DNA of 64,000 bases. It comes from Nitrososphaeria archaeon (GTDB lineage: Archaea > Thermoproteota > Nitrososphaeria > JACIWG01). Below the pieces are notes generated by a model that saw only the letters and a list, made by a program, of their open reading frames with translations, ran no database searches and was not told the DNA's origin. A program made the position numbers and the translations under genes. Positions 1 to 8,004 of the stretch are shown piece by piece. Each line of letters begins with the position of its first letter. The first letter of the stretch is position 1. The DNA is taken from contig CAVXDT010000010.1 in the NCBI GenBank assembly GCA_963760525.1, positions 8,098-72,097 of the forward strand, given 5' to 3'.

Positions 1-29
1 GGAAAACAAAAAGAGAAAACGCCATAGTC

Positions 30-632
30 ATGAGAGATACCATTTATGGCCCAATACTTATGGCACTCAGCCAAATCATGGAAAAGATAAGATCAGGAGA
101 AGCGTATTTTTCTCCCTCAGTTACACAGGATTTGGATAATGTGATGAACCACTATCTGTTCTATATGGTCAGTAAAGATTTGAAGGACAGATTGTATGAT
201 CTATCAAAAAGAGTTGAGAAATATGAGGCAATCAACTTGGCAGCCACTAATATACTCAATGATTCCATTAAGGAAAAAGCCAATAGAATCTATGGAATCG
301 ACATTGGCAGCCAAGATCCATGGATCAGAATAAAACTCGGCAACACTCAGGTTGAAGCAATTTCGTTAAAGCAAACCCTTCATACTAATATGACACCAAG
401 CAGATTTGTGGAAAATGGTGCTCAAAAATGGGGGGAAAGTATATCTGTGGATATATCAATTTCAGGAACAAAGGAGAATGAACTTAGTAAGTTCGAATCT
501 CTATATGAACTTGTGTTAGATGATATGAGGAAGACTCCTCTTTATGTAGAGGAAAGAAGACAAAATACACGTCTTATAGAAGAACTTGAAGGAGTGATTA
601 GCCAAATCAAAGTTCTCGTCAATTTTGAATAA
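30..632 (+). CDS. hypothetical protein (true start may lie upstream of window)
   Basis: 200-aa ORF from the track. The frame stays open back to the left window edge. Charged, helical-looking composition with no motif I recognise. Confidence 0.4.
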   Translation: MRDTIYGPILMALSQIMEKIRSGEAYFSPSVTQDLDNVMNHYLFYMVSKDLKDRLYDLSKRVEKYEAINLAATNILNDSIKEKANRIYGIDIGSQDPWIRIKLGNTQVEAISLKQTLHTNMTPSRFVENGAQKWGESISVDISISGTKENELSKFESLYELVLDDMRKTPLYVEERRQNTRLIEELEGVISQIKVLVNFE

Positions 633-657
633 TATCAGTTTGGTCTAATTTTACTTT

Positions 658-888
658 TTATTTCGCTAATAAATATAAACCTACGATTATTGTAACTATT
701 CCACCAACTGCAAGAATTACGAGAAATGTCGTACCCCAACCCAAAAGTTCATCCCCCAATCCTGGAACAAAGCTATTTAAAATGCCGCCAATAGCAATAC
801 CGAGAATACCAGCTATCGCTAAAGCAACGAAGATAACACCTATTCCAGTAATTACAAATGAGACAACTACTTTTATCAGACTACCCAA
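658..888 (-). CDS. small hydrophobic membrane protein
   Basis: 76-aa ORF composed almost entirely of G/I/V/L/A, consistent with 2-3 TM helices. No homolog recognised. Confidence 0.4.
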   Translation of the reverse strand: MGSLIKVVVSFVITGIGVIFVALAIAGILGIAIGGILNSFVPGLGDELLGWGTTFLVILAVGGIVTIIVGLYLLAK

Positions 889-1150
889 ATTACCATCCTC
901 ATAAAAGAATCAGCTCTTCTTTCATATTGGCAACCTCATTTTCTTAATCTTAACGTTCTAACATCACCTTAAAGACTACCAAAATTCCACCAAGAAGTAG
1001 CAAAGCGTAACCTATCCAAGACGGTATAAGTTCAGGAACTATTGCTGAAGCAAACACAACTATGATTCCCACTATCATCACCCAAATAGGTAAAGGTATA
1101 TCCAACTCACATAACCTCTTCCCACCTTGTACTCCATAGATTATTAGAGG

Positions 1151-1612
1151 TTATTTAGACGGAGGCTCTCCACCAATTTGAAGGAGCCTTTTTTCCGACA
1201 AGTTCTGTAAATACCATACTGATAAAGTAAGAGTCAGAGACACTATACCTATTAGTACATAGTTCACAGGAGAAACTTTTATACCAAAAAACATTTCATT
1301 TGCACCTAACATTATAAGGTCTGCAGACAACGATAAAATAGAAGCGAAGAAAAACAATGGAAAGATTAATAGGTTTATTTTTTTCGTACCATTCCTTGTG
1401 ATTTTTAGCATCTCTTTTCCCTTAATCGCTTTTACTTCAAGATATCCATCTTCAAGTAACGCATTAACCATTCTTCGAACAGGTTCGTCGTCAGCATATT
1501 TCAAAGCTTTACTTAGAGCTGACGTATTATACTGGAAACCATTCTTTTTCCAAATAAAGTATAAAATTCTCAATTTAGGTCTTAGAAATTCCATTGACCT
1601 TTGCTTACTCAT
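1151..1612 (-). CDS. membrane-anchored winged-helix-like protein
   Basis: ORF 1151..1639 with a likely internal Met start (MSKQRS). The N-terminal ~80 aa look like a wHTH (VRRMVNALLEDGYLEVKAIKGKE), followed by two hydrophobic segments. It is divergent from the surface-protein gene at 1755. Confidence 0.45.
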   Translation of the reverse strand: MSKQRSMEFLRPKLRILYFIWKKNGFQYNTSALSKALKYADDEPVRRMVNALLEDGYLEVKAIKGKEMLKITRNGTKKINLLIFPLFFFASILSLSADLIMLGANEMFFGIKVSPVNYVLIGIVSLTLTLSVWYLQNLSEKRLLQIGGEPPSK

Positions 1613-1754
1613 ATAACAAATTTCGATAACTACCGTCATTTAAATTTTAAAAAATACTTACAAAAACATAAGGTTGTATAAATCTAATTTATGAGAAATT
1701 TGGAATAAGCATAAATCCTAGAGTATGATAAATAAGCAAAGGAGGTTTTAGTCT

Positions 1755-2516
1755 GTGAAGGAAACAGTTAGCCACACACGTCTTTTGATAACTTTGCTAG
1801 TCGCCTTAGTAATTGCTGTCGTGGCAGTCCACATGCTTCTATCAACTCAGATAAGTGGTCTAACATCAACGACAAGTAGCCAAGCAAAAAACAAGATTTC
1901 CATTCAAAGCATTCATCTTTGGGCGAACGCCTCCAACCTGTATCCTCCAACTCTTGGAGCTAATCTCCTTATCAGTTCCGCATTGAAAAATCTGAGTATT
2001 TCCATAGATGGCGTTAAAGTATATTCTGAACCTTTCAATCAATATAACATTACAGATTGGAAAGATGAAGAAGGAATAGAAATCAGAAATCCGCGTGTGG
2101 CTATTTTGGTTGGAAAAGCCTATGCTGTAGATTTTACAGGATTGTTCAACGACGACAGTGTTTACACTACTTCTGCTACGGTAATCGCACAGCTAACGTT
2201 CCAATCCTATATTTCTTTGGAAGGTGGAGTTGAGCTTGCTACAAAGAGCATCTATCCTACACCATACCTTTCGACAGATGTCTTCGTTAATAGAAGCGTC
2301 CCTCTATCAAAGCTAAGCCTATTCATCAATGGCACGTTAGAAGCCAGTGGCTCTCAAGGGGAATCAGATAGAACGGTTTATGGCATTGTTTATAAGGCAC
2401 AGCCGTCGAATCAGGAAATGCCCATCATTGCTGGGAGAACCTATGAGGTTACTTTTGTCGCCACTTTTGAGGACAACAGCACTTCTACAGCATCAGTAAT
2501 AGTTGTAGCTGGATAA
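1755..2516 (+). CDS. secreted or anchored surface protein
   Basis: 253 aa with a GTG start. It has an N-terminal TM/signal (LLITLLVALVIAVVAV), a Ser/Thr-rich linker and multiple N-x-S/T sequons. Confidence 0.55.
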   Translation: MKETVSHTRLLITLLVALVIAVVAVHMLLSTQISGLTSTTSSQAKNKISIQSIHLWANASNLYPPTLGANLLISSALKNLSISIDGVKVYSEPFNQYNITDWKDEEGIEIRNPRVAILVGKAYAVDFTGLFNDDSVYTTSATVIAQLTFQSYISLEGGVELATKSIYPTPYLSTDVFVNRSVPLSKLSLFINGTLEASGSQGESDRTVYGIVYKAQPSNQEMPIIAGRTYEVTFVATFEDNSTSTASVIVVAG

Positions 2517-2930
2517 AAGGTCTAATTGTGCTTGAGCCTAAATATTTATGTCGGAAGAAAAGATTGACAAAAATGTGATATTCGGAATATCAGTCACTTT
2601 CTTCCTCCATATAACACAAAATTATATTTTTGCCATTTAATTCCAACATCTCTAAATCTGGCTTCCTCCAACCATCGAATTTCATCAGCCAGTCTGAAAG
2701 GATGGCCTTCACCTTCCTTCCTCGTACTCTTTAAGCTTGCAATCTGCTTTTCGCTTAAACTTCTAGACATGAATCTATGTCTTCATCAAAGCCGTAGGAC
2801 GTTTTGTTTCTATTTGTAGAGTTCTGGTGAACAGAAAAGTAATTTGTGTAGTATTATATGAGTCAACACATAGAAAATCATAGCATACTTTGAGTACATG
2901 AACTCATAGTATCTCTTTATGATACAATAT

Positions 2931-3551
2931 CTAGATATCTGGAAAGGCCTTCCCGCTAACCAGAAGGTAGATTCCCTGTGCTAAGGGCGAGGATATTATC
3001 TTGTCATCTTCCATGTAACCTTTAGCAAGTATCACTCCCGCTATCGGGTTGCTGTGGTTCGAGAAGTCCATATCCGTGTTGGGGAATCCGTAGCACCATC
3101 CTACACCTAGCCTCTCCGAAGTTCCATCAGAGATATAGAAGGTGATTTTTATGTAGTAGACTTCACAGGTTGTCATATTGTGTGGCATGTTGTAGAAGGT
3201 GACGCCTTCAAAGTTGACCGACGTTCCCTCTGGGAAATCCGACAGTCTTTTATAAGCAAACAATTCGGATTGCGTCTTATTCGGAAAAGTAATACTAAGT
3301 TCCCCTTCGTCTTGCACATTTGGAACTGTAGCTGTGACGACCACCACGGAAGTTGAGATACGGGTTTCCGTGGACGTTGTAACAGTGAAGGTGGTAGATG
3401 GCTGTAAGGTCACCGTAGTAGTGGATGCTATCTGGCTTGAGCCCGTTAACTCTTGAACTTGAACGAACTCATAGGCGAACAGTGAGCCGAAGATCATGGT
3501 GAGGACTGCGAATGCAGTCAACAGGAGATTCTTAAACTTAAGCGATGACAT
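2931..3551 (-). CDS. surface protein, paralog 1 (signal anchor, Thr-rich stalk, Cys-pair C-terminal domain)
   Basis: 206 aa. The N-terminus MSSLKFKNLLLTAFAVLTMIFGSLFAYEFVQVQ is shared with the ORFs at 3941 and 4680. A T/S/V-rich stalk is followed by a C-terminal domain with conserved DEGE, VTFY, GWCY and HSNP motifs. Confidence 0.6.
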   Translation of the reverse strand: MSSLKFKNLLLTAFAVLTMIFGSLFAYEFVQVQELTGSSQIASTTTVTLQPSTTFTVTTSTETRISTSVVVVTATVPNVQDEGELSITFPNKTQSELFAYKRLSDFPEGTSVNFEGVTFYNMPHNMTTCEVYYIKITFYISDGTSERLGVGWCYGFPNTDMDFSNHSNPIAGVILAKGYMEDDKIISSPLAQGIYLLVSGKAFPDI

Positions 3552-3629
3552 TATACTGCTGTCGATTTGATAGTTAAGTCTCTTTTAAGTTTTTGCAGAT
3601 TTTTATGATTACAATATTCGTGTTTCTGC

Positions 3630-3944
3630 TCATGGCAAGGTGACTGTTCGAATATAGTTAGATCCAATTTCTGTGTGAATCGAGACTTTGTAGTCGACAT
3701 TTGAAGATAATGGGGTACTGAAGCTCAATATAACAGTCCGCACCTCTCCTATTTTCAAGACAAAGGGCATTTCAGGACTTGATATTATGCCATTCATGGA
3801 GTTGACAGGTTTATCGTTTATGAATACGTCTGTGATATTAGCCTCGATATTGCCAGTGTTCTCGACAATCACCGATAACTCGGTCAAGCTATTACGGTGA
3901 ACATCTTTTACTGTAAGCCTTTCAAAATGAGTTGTTAACCTCAC
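3630..3944 (-). CDS. small beta-rich protein translationally coupled to paralog 2
   Basis: 104 aa. Its GTG start overlaps the stop of the 3941..4507 gene by 4 nt. The alternating polar/hydrophobic pattern suggests an Ig/CARDB-like sandwich. No signal peptide. Confidence 0.45.
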   Translation of the reverse strand: MRLTTHFERLTVKDVHRNSLTELSVIVENTGNIEANITDVFINDKPVNSMNGIISSPEMPFVLKIGEVRTVILSFSTPLSSNVDYKVSIHTEIGSNYIRTVTLP

Positions 3945-4507
3945 ACACTGACCAGAACGTAGATTCCTGCGTTTAAGGGCGAGGACACTATTGTCTCACC
4001 TGATTGATAATCGCGTGGGGCAAATATCATTCCAGCTCTCGGGTTACTGTGGTTCGTAAATTGTATACTTATCTTGATTGGATAACACCATCCCACATTA
4101 ATTCTCTCCCAAGTCCCGTCAGGGAACGTGGCCCTGATGTAGCGAACCGAGCAGCCGGTAATTGTGGTGTTGAGTGGCATACTGTAGAAGGTGACGTTTC
4201 TAAATGAAACCGATGCTCCCCCCTGCAAGTCTCCCACATACTTGTACTCAAAAGTGCCCATGTTTACAATTTCAAATTCGCCTTCATCTGGCAATTTTGG
4301 CACCGGAGAAGTGGCAGTTATAGTAGATGTAGTATACCAAGTTTCTGTTGTGGACGGTGTTGAAGTTACCGTAGTGGTGGAAGTAGTTATCCTTGAACTC
4401 TTTAACTGCTGAACCTGAACAAATTCATAAGCGGAAATAGAACCGAAGATTATGGTAAGGACTGCGAATGCCACCAAAAGCACACTTCTGAACTTGGAGA
4501 ATGACAT
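3941..4507 (-). CDS. surface protein, paralog 2
   Basis: 188 aa. The N-terminus MSFSKFRSVLLVAFAVLTIIFGSISAYEFVQVQ is followed by a Thr-rich stalk and the same C-terminal domain as paralog 1 (GCSVRYIRATF...NVGWCYP...TNHSNPRAG). Confidence 0.6.
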   Translation of the reverse strand: MSFSKFRSVLLVAFAVLTIIFGSISAYEFVQVQQLKSSRITTSTTTVTSTPSTTETWYTTSTITATSPVPKLPDEGEFEIVNMGTFEYKYVGDLQGGASVSFRNVTFYSMPLNTTITGCSVRYIRATFPDGTWERINVGWCYPIKISIQFTNHSNPRAGMIFAPRDYQSGETIVSSPLNAGIYVLVSV

Positions 4508-4679
4508 TATACTACTATCAATTAGGCGGATAAGCGGACAGTTGATAATAAAGGTTCTTTAATCTGTCGGTTTGTAATCCTTCACAAATTCTCAGTAAAA
4601 GAATACAGTTCTCCTTCTCTAATGAGAAAAGGATGAGCAATCATTGTATGGCCTATTCCACAATGTAATCGAGCATTTA

Positions 4680-5288
4680 TCATCTTTCTTCGACCATAAG
4701 ATAGAATCCTTCAACTATGAGTGAATTACCGTTTGAGATGATTATTCCAGCCTTGGGAGAGTGGATTGTGAAATACATGAGAGGTCGAGATTCTAAAGGT
4801 ATTATAAATATCTTTATCACTTCTGAAACTCCGTCTCTAAATGTGACCTTTATGAAAAAAACTGGAACCATATATGTTTCAGTAGCATTATGTTTTAGGT
4901 TAGTGAAGTTTACATTTCTAAAGATTATTGACGAGCCTTCTTCGAAAGTTTCTATACGCTTGTACGCATAGTCCTCTACATCGTTTAATATTATAGACCC
5001 TTCATCTGGAAGCATAGGTTTCGAGGTCATCACCGTGGAAGTGAATGTGGTGGAGTAGGTGGTTTCTGCCACTGTCGAAGTGATCATAGTTGTGGTCATA
5101 ATTGTAGCGGTAGTAGTATATGTAGTTGGGGGTGTGCTCTTTAATTCTTCAACCTCGCTATTCAAGCGGGAAATTTCCTTGTTCAGACCATCTACTTGAA
5201 CAAACTCATATGCTGATATGGAACCGAGTAACAGAAACATTATAGCGAAGGCTATAAGTAGAGCGTCTCTAAACTTAATAGAAGACAT
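4680..5288 (-). CDS. surface protein, paralog 3 (divergent, lacks the Cys pair)
   Basis: ORF 4680..5408, with the likely start at the internal Met giving MSSIKFRDALLIAFAIMFLLLGSISAYEFVQVD. It has a coiled-coil-like segment, a Thr-rich stalk and a related C-terminal domain. Confidence 0.55.
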   Translation of the reverse strand: MSSIKFRDALLIAFAIMFLLLGSISAYEFVQVDGLNKEISRLNSEVEELKSTPPTTYTTTATIMTTTMITSTVAETTYSTTFTSTVMTSKPMLPDEGSIILNDVEDYAYKRIETFEEGSSIIFRNVNFTNLKHNATETYMVPVFFIKVTFRDGVSEVIKIFIIPLESRPLMYFTIHSPKAGIIISNGNSLIVEGFYLMVEER

Positions 5289-5456
5289 TATCTTGTTCAA
5301 CACTGTGTTTTTGCTTAAAAACTTTAGAAGGGAGTAAAAGTCAGGTTTGAGCCCAAATATTTGTGTCAATACCCGGCCCTCGGCACTATTATTTGCCCTC
5401 TTTTGCATGTAAGTTTATAAAATTATTGTCATGAGATTAGAAAGAGAGCAGATAAT

Positions 5457-6256
5457 ATGAAGTCTCTGTCCTGAATGCGGAAGTCAACTCCCTTCTGAAA
5501 CCGTTAAGTTTTGTCCAAATTGTGGTTTTAGCATAGCGGCAATTTCAGGCAGAGAAACTCCTTCACTTGAGGATTCCACAACACCATCATTATCCACGCT
5601 TCCACTTGCTGATTCTCAAGCTCAGACAAACCCTACAATCCCCACTGACTCAACTCCTCCCCCCAATGATCAACCTCCAACTATGAAGGATTCCTCCAAA
5701 AAGCTCGCAGTCAGCTCCGGCAAAACTTCTGGAAAAACCGCATTCGCTGTTGGCAAACCCACAGGGCAAAAGGTTCTTCCCAAACTACTCGAACTCACCG
5801 GAAAACAGTTACAAGATTTAATAGAAAACGCATCAAAAGAGGAAGATAGTGGGATAGAGGAAGGAGTAGCAGGGAAAGAGCTCGAAGGATATCGTAGCAG
5901 ACATATTTCAAATGCGGAAATATGAAGTCCGACAAAGGAACTACCACGTTTACGAAAGAGAAATAGACATAGTGGCGGCAAGAGGAGGGAACGCGGTTAT
6001 GGTAGAGTGCAAAGCGCGTTCAAATCCCCTGAGAACAAGAGATTTAGATTCATACATCTACTTATTCCAACATCTTAGGCATCAACGTTTTAAAGACGCA
6101 ACAATTCAGAAACTCATAATTGTAGCCCCAAAAGGCGGCGTTTCGAGTTCCGCCAAGGACAAAGCGTATCGGGAGATGGGCGATTCCATAGACTTCTGGG
6201 AGAAAGATAGGTTCATTCAGGAATACGAGAAAGTCAAATATGAAGTCAAATATTAA
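5457..6256 (+). pseudogene. Zn-ribbon + Mrr-cat-like PD-(D/E)XK nuclease, two frame disruptions
   Basis: ATG at 5457 gives MKSL and then a stop. The +1 frame continues CPECGSQLPSETVKFCPNCGF (zinc ribbon), a P/T/S-rich linker and ...GKELEGY. A second +1 shift near 5893 gives VADIFQMRKYEVRQRNYHVYEREIDIVAARGGNAVMVECKA, a restriction-endonuclease-type core. Confidence 0.7.
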
Positions 6257-6337
6257 TAGCAAGAAAGCCATCCTGAGCCAGAGTATTAAAGTATAATAAT
6301 AGTTACTTCCACAATATACTCGTAAGGGGAGAATAAG

Positions 6338-6820
6338 TTGGCTGGTTCAGACTTTTTAGTATCATTGGGCTTGTGGTTTGTTCGAGCTTTCATTTCAAGT
6401 CTCATTTGTCTGGTGATTGGATACATCGGAATTAGATGCATCACACTTATGACGACGAAGATCAAAGAGTTCGAAAGCCTCAAGGGTAATTCTTTAGCAA
6501 CTGGCCTTTTTGTCGGTGGCTTTTTTGTTTATGCTGGTTTGGTTGTCTATGGTTCGATGGTCAATCCTTTCTTCCTTTCTCAGTCAGTGACTGTGGGCGC
6601 ATACTTCAACTTGCAGAGACTCCTCGTTGTAATCATCAGTTTCTTCGTAAGTCTGTTCTTCGGTGGCATGTTCTATCTGGTTTTTGCCAAGCTCAGACCT
6701 TTCGGCGTTGACCTAGACGATATCAATAAGCATCCTATGGCTATTGGAATCTTCCTGTTCTGCTATGAGGTGTTCCTAGGACTCATCATGTTAGCAAGCT
6801 TGACCATTCCCATGGGATAG
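6338..6820 (+). CDS. DUF350-like integral membrane protein
   Basis: 160 aa with a TTG start preceded by GGGGAG. Four or more TM segments and an EFESLKGNSLATGLFVGG motif resemble DUF350 (YjfL-type). The frame is intact. Confidence 0.55.
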   Translation: MAGSDFLVSLGLWFVRAFISSLICLVIGYIGIRCITLMTTKIKEFESLKGNSLATGLFVGGFFVYAGLVVYGSMVNPFFLSQSVTVGAYFNLQRLLVVIISFFVSLFFGGMFYLVFAKLRPFGVDLDDINKHPMAIGIFLFCYEVFLGLIMLASLTIPMG

Positions 6821-6834
6821 CTGAGGAACAGCAA

Positions 6835-7671
6835 ATGACTCGCATACGGTTCCTGACTTTGTTGTCCATTTTCTGTGTTTAGTTGTTTCTCAGAGCCAAA
6901 CTGCCAACGGACTTCCAGCCTCAAGATTCACTATGAAGGAAGGCGATTGGTACGACAACTGGGGAATAGACAGAAACTATTACGCGGGGAACTCACGGTT
7001 ACCTACCCAACCTTGCGACTGAAACGCTCAACGAAAACAAAGAGCTCGCTTACGGTATTGGCGAGAGGTTTAAAGCTAACTATCCAAGTGAAACAGATAG
7101 GGCAGTTGCCATTTTGAAGTATGTTCAAACGTGGACGAAGTATGGATATGATAGCGATAACGTCGTTAGAGATGGCGTCCCTCAAGAAGAGTGGGCATGG
7201 AACGCTGATGAGATGGCGCACGCCTTCAACGAAACCACAGGCGTTAAGGCAATCGGAGACTGCGAAGACATGGCTTTCTTATGCGGCACAATCTATGTCG
7301 GTGCAGGTTTTGACGCTGCTATCGTGGATGCCCCCGATCACGTGTGCTCTGTTGATTTGGCTTCCTGAGTTCTCAAACGCAAACAACTATTGGGATATTC
7401 CGAATGACGGCAGAGACGCTGGTTGGATATGGGTTGAAGCTACTGGTAGCTCTAACCCTCTAGGTTGGACTCCGCCAGATTTCGAAGACGGCGGTGGACC
7501 GCGTATCCTATAGGTAGTTTGGAATTTGTTACTAATACTGTTACTCCCACTGCGTCTGAACCAACTCAGACGACCTCAACGTCAACCTCGATTGACATTG
7601 ACCTTCTGGTGGCAATTGCTGTAGTAATATTCTCAATCATTTCTGCTCTTACGAAGGCGCGTGGACGCTGA
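6835..7671 (+). pseudogene. secreted transglutaminase-like cysteine protease with C-terminal TM anchor, at least 4 frame disruptions
   Basis: The pieces read across frames. Signal peptide MTRIRFLTLLSIF / LCLVVSQSQTANG...MKEGDWYDNWGIDRNYYAGN. Next THGYLPNLATE...AIGDCEDMAFLCGTIYVGAGFDAAIVDAPDHV (Cys motif and His). Then ALLIWLPEF...GWIWVEATGSS, and finally TAYPIGS...TQTTSTSTS + LLVAIAVVIFSIISALTKARGR. Confidence 0.7.
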
Positions 7672-8004
7672 ATTTACTTGAATATCATGATGAGCGATTC
7701 CACTTAATCTGATGACTCCTTTCGCACGACAAAATCTGCCCCTTCATCATCGACTTTTGATGAATATACATCGAACCCATATTCGGTAAACTCCATCCTA
7801 ACGAAGTATTCTACATATCAAGTTGAAGGCGTTAAGGCTGCTCCATTCATATTTCTGGGTAGCATACTTCAAAGATAATCATAACAAAGTGGAAAAGCTT
7901 ATTGTGAATCTTACTAACGAAATTAATGCAAGCGCATAGCACAAATTTAAATAAGCATTTGGGTCTTACATTTTATTGCGGGGAATAGTGGGAATTAGTG
8001 AGTT

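Noticed and set aside
7687-7739. C/D-box sRNA-like element (ATGATGA ... CTGA/TGATGA ... CTGC)
   Set aside because: Box spacing is wrong (15 and 20 nt guides, with D' and C' overlapping). The terminal D box reads CTGC rather than CTGA. There is no terminal stem.
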